The notes under the pieces are model-generated. The model ran no database searches. It was not told where the DNA came from and saw nothing but the letters and a program-made list of their open reading frames with translations. Position numbers and translations under genes: made by a program. Below are positions 45,500-58,287 of a DNA stretch of 64,000 nucleotides, piece by piece (the first letter of the stretch is position 1; each line of letters begins with the position of its first letter). The DNA is taken from NCBI RefSeq assembly GCF_018350175.1, contig NC_058369.1:9736001-9800000 (forward strand). Reading direction: 5' to 3'. This DNA is from Felis catus. Lineage: Eukaryota.

Positions 45500-46900
45500 A
45501 CCGGACTCCACAGGCCCGAGGGAGGGTCCGGCTTGCGGCGACGCACCCTCTGTCCCCCGACCCTCATTGAACCGCAGCTGTCTCTTGCGCCCTCGTGTCT
45601 GCGCCCACCAGGACCGCAGGCCCGATCAGAGTCCTCAATCTCGGAAAGGCCGCCGCTCCCAAAGCCCCGCGCAGCTTCCACCCGGCGAGAGGCTCGAACC
45701 CTGCTCTCCGGGGCGGACGGGGCGGGCTCCCGGCGGCGGTTGCCCGGCAACGCGCTGTTTGTTAGCGCGGGGGGCGGGGCCGGCGCGCGCGGTGACTCAC
45801 AGCGGCGTGATGCGGCCGGGCAACTCGCCCGGCAGCCTGGCGGGCGGCCCGGCTTCTGCCGGCCCCGGCGGCCGGAGGGGCCCGGCGGCGGGGGCGTCCC
45901 AGCCCCCAAGCGGGCGCCCGAGGCCCGTGGGGAAGCGGCCGAGCAAGGCCTCAGCTCTCGGGTTCGGTTCGAACCCGGGCCCAGCCTCTCACTCTCGAGT
46001 TAGGTGCTCGTTGCCTCAGTTTGCTCATCGATAAAATGGAGTCCACGTTGCAGGATGCAGTAACCCTGCTCTGGCGCACGAGGCAGCTGGGATTATTCCC
46101 CCGTTACACTCCGGGGCAGCGCTTTTGGTATAGCCCCGACCCGGTTTGATCTCCTGTGGCTTTGGGCCGCAAGGGAATCACACCGAGCCTCAGTTTCCCC
46201 ATCTGGTAAAAGGAGGTAGCAAGAATTCCCTACCTCACGGGTGGTTTGAGGATCCATGAATCAATAGCGAGACAATGGCTGGCGCATCTCAGCGCCAGGG
46301 GTCTGCCCCCAGCCAAGGAGGGGAGGAAGTGTAGGAAGTTTTCTCAGTGGTCTGAGCCCTACAGGGCAAGGAGGTCAGCGCGAGGCAGGTGCCCCTGGAA
46401 ATGGGTGTGGGTCACAGGCTCAGAGTAGGTTGGCATGAAGGCGGCTGCAGAGGCCCCCATCCCCAAGCCGGAGCTGGCAGCACCTGCTGCAAGCTGGCCA
46501 GAGGGGGGCCTGGGCTGAGTCACCGCCCAGCAATGAGGAGTGAGTCACGCAGGGCGGGGTCCCCCCCGACAGCCCCCCCCCCAGCCGCTCCCACAAAGGG
46601 CCTTTGAGAAGAGTTCCCCACCCCCTCCTCCAGTCCTTAAGCCCCTGTGGAGGGTGGGATGTGGGCCGCGACCCTGATGGGCTACCCCCAGGAGCCCTGC
46701 CTGGCCTGGGAGGTGACAGCCGGTTTCCGCCATGTCTGTGAAAAGTCACCGTGGGCAGCCGGGTGTCCCCCCCCCCCCCACGGAAGGGGGTTCCAGGCTG
46801 CCTGAGTCATTCCGGGGACAGCAGAGGGTCACATGCACAGAGTGGACAAACTGAGTCAGGCTGTCTAGTAAGGCTGGCAGGCGGGGGGGCCCTGGATTCT
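45500..46900. promoter_or_regulatory. CpG island plus AP-1-rich enhancer
   Basis: CpG-dense 45500-46000; TGASTCA at 45793, 46516, 46541, 46803, 46852. Confidence 0.6.
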
Positions 46901-47224
46901 GGCTTTGTGAAAACCCCAGGAAGAGCCATCTTTCCAGCCAACCCCCCCCCTCCCCGGCTTGGGAACCTGCAGCTCAGGGAAACCCATGGCTTTTGTCAGG
47001 AAGAGGGGTGCACATCTGGCCATGTCTCCTTGGCTTTACCACCCCTCTGCCTTGTCTACAGAGGGGACTCCTTGTCTACAGTGGGGACTTCTCCCCACCT
47101 TAGCTGTCCTTGAACTTGGTGTGGAAGGAGCAGCAGGGCCTTGTGGCTGAGGAGAGTGAGGCTCTCCCTGCAGGGTCGGGTCCCACAATTCGCAGCGACA
47201 CCCAAACAGCAATCAAGATGAAAC

Positions 47225-49502
47225 TTTTTTAAAAAAGATTTTATTTGTAAGTAATCTCTACACCCAATGTGGGGCTCAAACCTACAACCCCAAGATCAAG
47301 AGTCACGCTCAATCGACTGAGCCACCCAGGCACCCCCTGAATCATTTTTTACAACCGCTTTATTGAGATAAAATTTATATGCCATACAAATGCCTTATTT
47401 AAAGTATACAACTGGGGGGGAGGCACCTGGGTGGATCGGGGGCGCCTGGGTGGCTCAGTCGGTTGAGTGTGCAACTTTGGCTCAGGTCATGATCTTGCGG
47501 TTCGAGAGTTCAAGCCCCGCATCCGGCTCTGCACTGACAGCTCAGAGCCTGGAGCCTGCTTTGAATTCTGTGTCTCCCTCTCTATCTCTGACCCTCCCCT
47601 GCTTGTGCTCTCTCTCAAAAATGAATAAACTTTTTTTTTATAAATTTTTTTTTCAACGTTTATTTATTTTTGGGACAGAGAGAGACAGAGCATGAACGGG
47701 GGAGGGGCAGAGAGAGAGGGAGACACAGAATCGGAAACAGGCTCCAGGCTCTGAGCCATCAGCCCAGAGCCCGACGTGGGGATCGAACTCCCGGACCACG
47801 AGATCGTGACCTGGCTGAAGTTGGACGCTTAACCAACTGCGCCACCCAGGCGCCCCTAAACATTTAAAAAAATTTTTAAAAAATGCACAATTAGGTGCTT
47901 TTAGTACATTGACCCCCACAATCAATTTTAGAACACTTTTATCCCCCTAAAAAGAAACCCAGGTACCCATTAGTAGTCACCCCCCATTTCCCCTTCATCC
48001 TCCTTAGCCCCTGACACAACTAATCAACTTTCTATCCCTGTGTATGAATGGACTTCTATTGTGTGACTTAGGACTGGCTTCATTCACTTTTCAAGGCTCA
48101 TTCGTGTTAGACCATGTATCACTACCTCGTTCCTTCTAATTGCCAGATAATATGTGGTATGGACACATCCCTCCCCCCCCCCCTTCTTTTAAGTTTATTT
48201 AATCATTTGAGGGAGAGGGAGGGAGAAAGAGAATCCCAAGTAGGCTCCGAGCCATCAGCACAGAACCCGATGCAGGGCTCAATTCCACAAACTGTGAGAT
48301 CATGACCTGAGCCAAAACCAAGAGTCGGTCACTTAACCATCTGAACCACCCAGGTACCCCTACATCACATTTTAAAATCTGTTCATCAGTCGATGGACAT
48401 TTGGGTTGTTTGCACTTTGGGGCTGATATGAATAATGCTGCTGTGAACATTCTGTGTAAGTTTTGTGTGGGAGATTAAGATTTGAGAAAAATAAACTTTT
48501 TGTAAGTATACTTCCAACACGGGGGCTTGAACTCACGACCCCGAGATCAGGAGTCACATGCTGTGTCGACTGAGCCACCCAGGCGCCCCTCGGGTGTAGA
48601 CCTGAGCCTTCCAGGAAGGTTACCACTGATCGCACAGGGCTATTGAGATATGCTGTCAGCGTGGATTTTTAAAAATCTTTTAAGTATTTTATTTATTTCT
48701 TATTTATTTAAAAAGTTTATTTATTTTGACAGAGAGGGGGAAAAAAATCCCAAGCAGGCTTGAGCTGGAAGCATACAGACTAACCTGGGGCTCGATCTCA
48801 CGAGCCACGAGCTGATGACCTGAGCTGAAATCAAGAGTCAGACACTTAACCAACTGAGCCACCCAGGTGCCCCTAAGTTTTCATTTATTTAAAAAATGTC
48901 TACACCCCACACGGGGCTTGAACTCACGGCCCCGAGATGAAGAGTCTCGCCTCTCCTCCGGCAGACCCAGCCAGGTGCCCCCCAGTGTGGATTTTTTTTT
49001 TTTTTTTAAGAATGCAAACAACCTGCTTAATAATTTTTATTTGATTGCATGTTGAAATGGTACTGTTTGGGGTATATTGGGTAGATGAAATATATGATTA
49101 ACATTCATTTCACCTGTTTCTTTTGCCTTTTTTTTTTTTTTTTTTAATGTGGCTGCTCGAAGTTTTTAGAATTCCGCATGTGACAGCTTGCGTTTGTGGT
49201 TTGCCAGAGCCTTCTGCTGAAGAGCGCTGTGCTGGAACCACTGCCTTGGTTTCCTTCCCTCTCTTTTACTTTTTTTTTTTTTTAATGTTTATTTATTTTT
49301 GAGAGACTCAGAGAGAGAGACTCAGAGAGAGAGAGAGCACGAGTGGGGGAGGGGCAGAGAGAGGGAAGACACAGAATCTGAAGCAGGTTCCAGGCTCCGA
49401 GCTGTCAGCACAGAGCCTGACTCCGGGCTCCAACTCACGAACTGTGAGATCGTGACCCGAGGTGAAGTGGGACACTTAACCGACTGAGCCACCCAGGCGC
49501 CC
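47225..49502. mobile_element. Dense repeat block: about 8 Can-SINEs nested in an old L1M 3' end (-) and a MER33-like element
   Basis: Multiple SINE heads; L1 motif tgatggacatttgggttgttt-like at ~48390; MER33-like sequence at 49030-49230. Confidence 0.8.
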
Positions 49503-50479
49503 TTCCTCTCTTTTGCTTCTCAAGGAGCTGCCTGGGCACATCGCTGACACCAAGTTGCCCAGCCCACCCGACTTCCTCAGCCATCGCTGTCCTCTATCTC
49601 TGGGTAACATCTGTCACCTTTGCTCTCTTCTGCCTTGGCCCCGGGACACTACTTTCTCCTGGTGTCCCTCCTCCTCTTCAGTCCTTTCTGTAAACTACCT
49701 CCCAAAAGCCATCCTCCCCAGGCATAGCTCTGCTCACCGTGTATTGATGACCCCTTCTCTGAATATCTCCTCCAGGAAGTCCTACAGGTGTCTCTGACTC
49801 ACCCTGTCCCCATGCACGTCCTTGGTTCCTCACTCCCTCTCACTCGCTCTCCCGCTCGCTCTCCCTCTCTCTCTCTCCCTCAGCCCTGTCGGCCCCAGTT
49901 CCTGGGCTCCCCATTCCCACCTTCCCCCAGACCCCTACCTTAATCCAGTCCCGTGTGTTTTCTCCCGGACAGCCACACTGGTCTCCCCGCTGGCCCTCTG
50001 CTTCCAACCTTGTCCCCTTTGCAGGGTGCATGACCTGGTACACGTGACCTATTTTTGCTTAAAACCTCCCAAAGACTCTGCTTTTTCATGATCCAGGCAG
50101 TGACTGCACAGCTATATTTATTTATCAAAACTCATAGAATTGTATATAAAGGCTGAATTTTACTCTCTGTAAATTATACCTCAATAAACTGAACTAAAAA
50201 TAAAAACCCTCCAAATGTTCCTGTCTTACTTAAATCCAAACTCCTCCCTGGCCACTGCATGGCCCCACCTCCTCCAGAAGGCTTCCCTGATTGCACCCCA
50301 TACTTAGGCTGGCCCCCATGCCCCCCCCCCCATACTCACTCGTGCCTCCAGCTCTCAGCCCTGGGAACTCATTACTATCAGCTAGCTATGTGACTGTCCC
50401 CCCCCACCAAACAGTGGCAGGCAGGTGCCATGTCTATTTTGTTCCCCAGCATGCCAGGAATATGGTAATTATCAATACA

Positions 50480-51290
50480 TCGATGCAACAGATAATTGTC
50501 TGAGACTCTGCTCTGGTGCCACAACAATGATCAAGACAAAGCTTCCTGCCCTGAAGAAACTGACACTGACACGTGAGTACAGGAGACAGACAAGAAATGA
50601 GATATGCAGTAAGGCATAGAGTGTGGTCAAAGGTGATAGGGTGATGGGTGAAAAAATAGGGCAGGATAAAGCAAGGGGGTGTGATTTTAAACAGGCAGGG
50701 AAGGTGTCACTGTGGAGGTGATCGTTGAGCACAGACCTGAAGGAGGCAGCCATGTGGGTATCTGGGGGAAGAGAGTCCCTAGGAGAGGGAACAGCCAGTG
50801 CAAAGGCCCCGAGACTGGACTGTGCCTGGTGTGTTTGAGGAACAGCGAGGAGGCCTGTGTACACAGAGCAGAACGAGCGAGGGAGGAGGTGAGGGCGGGG
50901 GTGGGGGGATGGGACAGGATAGCGTGTGCAGGGCTGTGGGGAGGAGTGTGCTCTGAGTGAAATGGGAAGCATGGAGAATTCCGAGCAGAGGAGGGACACG
51001 ACCTGACTCGGCTGATCCCAGGTGCCCTCGGGCTGCTGGGGGTGGACCAGACAGACTGTGTGAAGCTGGGGCAGGAGAGCAGGGAGCTAGTGACTGCATG
51101 GGACCAGGAGGAGACCTGGTGGGGGCCCTGGGGCCAGTAGGCTTCTGATGCATTTAGGAGGGACAGTAACTGAATTTATTAACGGGCTGCATTTTGTTAA
51201 GAAGGGTTTTGGCCCCAAGCGGCTGGAAGGATGGAGCTGCCATGTCCACAGATTGAGAAGATGGCTGAGAAGCTGGTTTGTGGTTGGAGT
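50480..51290 (-). mobile_element. L2 fragment
   Basis: gagggaacagccagtgcaaaggccccgag...tgtttgaggaacagcgaggaggcc motif. Confidence 0.7.
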
Positions 51291-53949
51291 GAGCAAAACT
51301 CCCCCCCCAGGGCCTCGTCCTGGCCCTGGACTGTCCCTTTCCAGTCTTTGGTGGGGGTGCAAAGGGAGGCATCCTCATAGTCTGGGCCTTGCCTTTTCGA
51401 AAAAAGCTTTTCTCTTGGCTGACTCCTGAGTGTGCGAGCTACGCACCCATCTGGGCACGTGCAGCCACCACCCAAGACCCCCGCTGACCTGGCATGCGTA
51501 CCCATGGCCACAAACTTGGGGACCCCTTGGGCCTGGGGCTCTGAGCTGTCATGGCTGAGAAGGGTGGCTCAGGCACCCGCCTGGCGTACATCTGGGTCTC
51601 TAAGAAGACCCCCGGGGGCACAGGAGGTGACATGGGGTGGGAAATCTCTCAAGAAGTTCAAGAAGGGCTGCTGCTGAGTCACAGCCCTGGGTCCCCTATG
51701 AGTCAGCACTGGCAGGGGCCCCAGGAACTGGGGGTTGGGGCTGGGGTGGGTAGGGCAGTTCCCACGCCCAGAGGAACCAGGCGGTTGGGGCACTGGGGCT
51801 TCCCCTACTGCCTCTCCCATCCTGTGCTGGTCCCCGGGGGGATATTCGGAGGACTCTAGGGGCAGGAAGCGGGGGAAGGGTGCTGACCACTGGACTGGGC
51901 TCCAGGAATCCTCTCTCCTGATCTGACCCGGTTCAGGAATGCAGAGGCCGCCCGCCCAACAACATGTTGCAGCAAGAAGGAGTAGAGCTAGCCATTAAGA
52001 GGGACCACGTGCAAGGGAGGCATTTGTGGGGACGTCGGTTCTATTTAAGAAGAGCTCCTTATTTCTGGGGCCTCTGCATTTCGGCAGTGGAGGTTCCAGC
52101 CAGGGGGTGCAGGCGGGGTCCCAGCTGCCGAGAGGTAGGGGGTGTGGGAGGCGACGGGAGCTGAGCACCAGCCTGCCCTCACGGAGGGTTGGGTTCTGGA
52201 GTCTGCTGCCCCCTGCTGGTGGCCTCGGGAAGCTCAGCGGGCAGAACTCGGAGCGCTTTTCCCGGCCAATCCTTGCAGGGAAGGAGATGGGGAAAGGCCT
52301 CGGGCAGAATTCCAGCTCTGCTGCTGTCCAGGCTGTGCCACCTTGGGCAAGGGGCAGCCCCTCTCTGGGCCTCAGTTGCCCGTCTGTAAAAAGCACAATA
52401 TTCATTTCGTTGGCTTGCTGGGAAGAGTCTGAGATGACTGTCCGTGAATGAATTAATGAATGTTGTACATTTCAGAGTAACCCTCTCCCTCTTTTCAGTT
52501 ATCAGAGGGAAAGGCGCGGGAGGCGACCCCACCCACGAAGGCCCAATTACTATTTACTCCTGTCCTCTTCCTTACATGCTCTCCCTCTCAGGGAATTATC
52601 CCCCGTTTTGGGGGGAGTCAGGCATAGAATAGACCTGGACCCCTGTAGCCTCTGGGGGATCCTAGGGACATCCACCTGCCTGGGCCAGCTGGAACTTGGC
52701 TTTCCGGGCAGACCTGAGGAAGGGTGCAGGGTGTGGGGAAGGTGGGCCTGTGAAGGGGAAACTCGGGCAGGACTATGGTGAGGGGGCCGAAGCGGGGGGG
52801 TCGGGGGTCGGGGGGGGGGGATATGGCCAGGTAGAGCAGGGCCATGGCTCCACGAGGGTTAAAGTCTGGGCTTGCGTGGGGTGCACAAAGGCTTCTCTGA
52901 CGCCTTGTCAGACTGAGATGGGGGGATAAGTCGAATGAGAAATCTGTCAGCTCAGCCCTGGACATGGGGAGGCCGCCTGGCTCCCTCACGGTCCCTGAGG
53001 TGAGGTGACTTCCCTCCACCAACCAGCAGCCATCATGGCCACAGCAGGCAGGGACTCTGAGTGTGTGTTCGGAGTATATGGGGATACCTGTGTGTGGATC
53101 CCTGGTGGGAGTCTCAGCGAGTGTCCGTTTCCTGCCGGGTGTGCCTGTGTACCTGATGTGCGTGTATGTGAGGGAACAGGGGAGCTCCATGTAAGCATCT
53201 CTAGGTGATGAGGGGACCCCGCCCCGACCTGTGTATAACTTTTGAGTCTATCTTCTGTATGTGGCCTGTGTATCTGGCCTGTGTGCATGTCTATGCCAGA
53301 TGGTCAGAGGTACACGTGTCCCCAAATATCCCTGTATTTACTGTGTCCTTATGGACCCCTGCGCCCTGGGGACCTGTCTGGTTTTTTTTGTGTGTGTGTG
53401 TGGGTATGACTGTTGGTTTTATGAATTCTAGCATGCCTCTGCCCTTTGTACATGAGTCATTGCGCATATATTTGTGTGTCTGTGAACTTTGTGTGTCTGT
53501 GTGTGTCCCTGAGACTGTGTGTGCCTGGCATATCTCTATAGATGTGGTCCTATTCTGTGTGTATATCCATGTGTGTTGGGGTATTGTGTTTCCAGGTGTT
53601 CCCATGACTGCACCTGGTGGGTGGGGAGGTATGTTGGTTCTCTGTGTATCCCTGTATGTCTGTGTATCTTGTGTGTGTTCTGTGGCCATCCCTTCGAGGT
53701 GAGTCTGTGTATGTGCCCGTTTGGTATTCTCTGTGCATGCCCCTGGGCTCCTCTCTACCTATATTTCAGTTCTGAACAATCCTGTCCTGTGGAAGCGATG
53801 TGTCTGTATTTTGCATGTGTCTGTGTGCTCCCTGGGCCTATTTGTGTAGCTCAGTTTTATGGACATCCTCGTGTGGCCGGTGCCCCGGTGTCCCCGCGTG
53901 TCCTGACATCCCCTCCTGCAGGTATGTGTGTCTGGAAACCCCTTGCACA

Positions 53950-55200
53950 CCCTTCCTTGTGTTTGTGGTCCGCGTGCCTTTGTGCGCGTGTGCTCCCCGT
54001 GCGCCTTTGAGGTCTACGTGCGTCTGGGTCCCTGCGTGTGCCCGCTCGCGCCCCCGTGTCCCCCGCGCGGGCCCCGGGAGCTGCGTCCTGACGCCCCATG
54101 GGTATCCCGCGTGCGTCCCGGTGCGCCTGGCGGGAGGCCTCGGGGCACACACGGTCGCCGCCGGACCCACCGCCCGGCAAGGCGCGGGGAGGAGGGAGGG
54201 GGCGGCGGCAGCGGCGGGGAGCGCGGGCACGTCACCGAGACAGACAGGCGGGCGGGCGGGAGGCGGCGGCCGCGGGTTCGAGCCGGCGCCGGAGCCCCGC
54301 GGCCCCCTCCCCCGGCCCGCGGCCTGGGGGGGCCCCCCCCCGCCCAGCCCGGGAGCCGCCGAAATGCAATTTCCCGTGCAGGCGCCTCGGCTCAGGGGGC
54401 TTTTCCGGGCGGGTTTGGAAAGAAGAGGGGCGACGCGGCCGCGGCCCAAAACGAGGTGAGCGCGGGCGCCAGGCGGGCGGGGGCGCCGCCCGCGGGGAGG
54501 GGGCGCGGCGGGGCGGGGCGGCGGCGGAACCCGGCTGCGGCCCCCTCGCGCACCTGCTCGCGGCCCGGGGGCCGGCGCCCTGGCCTCTGCAGCCCGGCCC
54601 TCCATTGTTGCGGAGGCTGGAGAAGGGGGGCGGGGAGGCCCCGGCGGCATCTCTGCATCTCGCCTTCCCCGAGAAGGGGAGCCGGGGAGACCAGACGCCC
54701 TAAAGAGGACAGGCCCTCAAGTACCCGAGGCTGGGCCGCCGAGGGGGAGGGCAGGCCGAGATGCCCCCGCCGGGAGGGGCTGCATGATGGGGGGCGTAGG
54801 GGCAGCGGTGCCTGGGCCGCCCGACACCTGACCACGGGGAGGCCCCGGGGCCGGGCGGTGGCGAGCTTTGTTCTTGGGGGCGCAGAGCGGGTGGGGGCCT
54901 CCGATATCCAGGGCTGGGAGAAGCTCAGGTCCGGCGCACGCGTTCGGGAAGGCGCCCCCGGCCAAGTTCACGGGCGCGCGGGCCTGCGCGGGCCCTGCGG
55001 AGACCGATCCAGGCGCGATTCGGGCGGCGGGGGGGGGGGGGGGGAGGGGGGGGGCCCATAGGGCCTGGCTGTGGCCGTGGCCCCGCGGCTGCAGCGGCGC
55101 CGCCTGCAGGAGCCCTGGCGTCCTCCGCGGGCTCCCCGCCGGCCTGTCATTACCTGCGGAGGCTGCAGGGTATTTACTGGGGCCAAGGTTTACTAACAGG
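53950..55200. promoter_or_regulatory. CpG island; candidate promoter of the miR-181c/d host or an upstream NANOS3 transcript
   Basis: Very CpG-dense; + strand donor GAG|GTGAGC at 54456; nearest CpG island upstream of miR-181c/d. Confidence 0.6.
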
Positions 55201-57824
55201 AACACGCCCTCCAAAACTGGCCGAAGAAGGGAAAAATGGCCCAGAATCCCACTGCCGGGGAGCCTTTTTAAAGCGACAGGACCCCTTTCACAGGGACCTC
55301 GCCCTGGTGGGCATGCTGAGGGTGGGGGGATGAAGGCCTCTTATTGGCTGATAGGAGCTGAGAAGTGCCCCCCATCTCCTTTCCCACCCATCCCCCTGCC
55401 CTGGACTACTCACAGATACATTTACGGAGCCACAGTTAGATATTCCCAAATCCCTGATGAAGTCTCCCAATCCACACGTTATACGTGGACATACATCATC
55501 CCTATTGTTACTCCCATCACCTGCGGGAACAGTCATCCGCACACTCGCACACACAGTCACTCACGATAACACTGCCACGTGGGCACACACATCACCCGCG
55601 ATGACGAAGACGCGCAGGGCTGACAGCTGGAAAACATTGCTACGCTGAAAAATGCAGCCATCGCCGACAGTGGCCGCAGTGTAGGCACCGCCTTGCCTAA
55701 AACGTGGACATTCACACAGTTCTCTACTGCACGCGCACACACACCCGGATGCTCAGTGTTGCACAGGCACCCGCAGGCTGTCACCCAGGGTAACCATGAC
55801 TACCACAAATACTTAACCCCCCCCCCCCATGTACTGATAGATGCCACCATCCATGAGCACTGGAGCAGACACACGTACACAATGTAGACATCCACGTGGC
55901 AGCCCAAGCAAGGATCTGCAGTCCCCCAGATGACTGGACACACACACACACACAGCTGGTATGAGGCCTGTGTGGACACTGACATCAGGCCATCATAATC
56001 GTGACGTACACACGTACAGATCCCCAGTAACACACCTGCACGTGAGGACACACGGTGGCCCATGGTAAGACTGACCTCCTAGACCCCCATTATGACACCG
56101 TCACCCACAGACAGATGGGAACCCTTCAGCAGTACCTACACCTATAGTCACCTACCCTAACACTTGATTATACACTTCGACACCTACGGTACCAACACAC
56201 AGACAGAATAACACACGCGCAATGGCCCACAGACCCACGGGAAAATGACAGAGGGACAAGCAGAAATCTACAGTCACCTGGATGTAAAGCCAACACTTGT
56301 TTATTGAGCATCTGTTATGTACCGGGCACTGTTCTAGCACTGGGATGCAAGAGATCAAAATCCCTGTCCTCCTGGAGCTGACATTTTAGTGAGGGCGGTC
56401 GGGGGGCACCATGATCAGATGACACACAGACTACAGTCACCCCCAGTGACACTGACAGACGACAGACACCCACACACGCTGGCTCACACGTCGACCTGCA
56501 GTTACTCACAATTAGCCTGACACACACCCACAGTCATACTGACATCCACACACAAACAGAAGCCCACGGGAGTGCCGACACTTGTGCCGACACAAAGACA
56601 CCGCTGGCGTAGACAGCCACCCACTACAGCACACGCCCACCTGGATATACAGACACCCACAGAACCCCCCGAATAGCCCAGCAGAGTAGCTAGGAGCCCA
56701 AGCCCACTGCAGACCCCCAGTTACAGGTCCACTGGTAGCTGCTGCCTGAGTTTTGGCAGGCACAGTCCACCCTGACCCAGACCCAGGGTCACCCTGCACC
56801 ATGAACCTCACTAGAAGTGTCTGAATTTCCCATCGACCTGCCTAGGCCCCTCCCCCTCCCCACCCCCCCACTCCCACCCTAGCCCCGGAGAAGCTGGACC
56901 CTTCTGCCTCCTCCATCTCTGGCCCCGTATCTGGTAGCCTTGGGATAGAAGCCCAGGGTCCCAGCCCACTGGCTGCCCCCAGGTCTTGATGGGACAGATG
57001 AGCCCCTTGGCCGAGGACCCTGTGTGAAAGGGCGGGCAGGTGGAGAGGAAGCCATGGGGAGGGCAGGTGGGAACCTGAGAGGTCATGGAGGTATCAGGGA
57101 GATGAGGAGTCCCCTTCCCTCCAGTCTACACAGCCTGGGCCATCGATGGGACTCCACTTGGGGACCTCCAAGTGCACTTTTGCTACACACTCCATAATGG
57201 GCTCTGTCAGCCAGGCCCTGACCAGCTCCTCCTGCACGTGCCCCACCAGGGTCTATCCACACACACAAGGGCACACACACAGGGACACGTGCACACTGGA
57301 GCAAATACGGGGTCGTGCAACCAGGAACACTCGCATGGACATACAGAGAGGGGTGCACAAAGACGTGCAGGCTGCCAGACACCCTCTGGAAGCCCTGTAC
57401 CTCTGACCTCGTGCCCCTGACCCCTGTTCTTCAGCTTGACAGACCTGCCTCCTTCCGTCTCTACCCATCTGGTTCTGTTGGGACTTCTCACCTCCAACTC
57501 TGACCCCCAGACCCATGCCAGCTGCCTTGCCTTGCTGCCTTGCCCTCCTGGAGCTCAGGGTGAGGGTGGGTGTGGGGGCAGGTCAGTGTGGTTTTGGGAT
57601 GGCTCCCCTCACCCATCACTCCCAACCCCCTGCCTAGACAGATCCTCCCAGTTGGGATGGGAGCTGGGGGGGAGAGGGGTGCTGTCCCAAGGACTAAGGA
57701 ACAGGAAGAGGGAGAATGAGGGCTAAAATGGCCCTGAAAAGTCCTCCTTCCTTGCATCAGGGTCTGGGGTTGGGGTAGGAAACAGCCCCCCATCTTCACT
57801 CTGCTGGGCTTCAAAGTCAGATAG

Positions 57825-58287
57825 GGGGATGCCTGGGTGGCTCAGTCCATTGAACTCAGTCCATTTTTTTTTAACGTTTTATTTATTTTTGAAAGAGAGA
57901 GAGAGAGAGACAGAATATGAGCAGGGGAGGGGCAGGGGGCAGGGAGGGGGTCGGGGGACACAAAAGCTGTGAAGCAGGCTCCAGGCTTTGAGCTGTCAGC
58001 ACAGAGCCAGACAACGGGGCTCAAACTCACTAACCATGAGATCATGACCTCAGCTGAAGTCGGACACTTAACTTTCTGAGCCACCCAGGCATCCCTGAGC
58101 ATCTGACTCTTGATTTCCGCTCAGGTCATGATCCCAAGGTTGGGAGATGGAGCCCTGTGTTGGGCTCTGTGCTGGGCGTGGAGGCTGCTTAAGATTATCT
58201 CTTTCTCCCTCTGCCCCTCTCCCCCGTGCAAGCTCGCTCTCTCTCTCTCTCTCTCTCTGTCAAAAAAAAAAAAAAAAAAAAAAAAAT
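57825..58287. mobile_element. Nested Can-SINEs (a - copy inserted in a + copy)
   Basis: + head at 57825 is interrupted by a reverse SINE at 57863-58095 and resumes at 58096. Confidence 0.85.

Noticed and set aside
44872..45909. 345-aa minus-strand ORF
   Set aside because: Runs through a CpG island, a MIR and a SINE; not plausibly coding.
53928..55061. 377-aa ORF and overlapping ORFs
   Set aside because: GC-rich island with several frames open; non-ATG start; no homology recognised.
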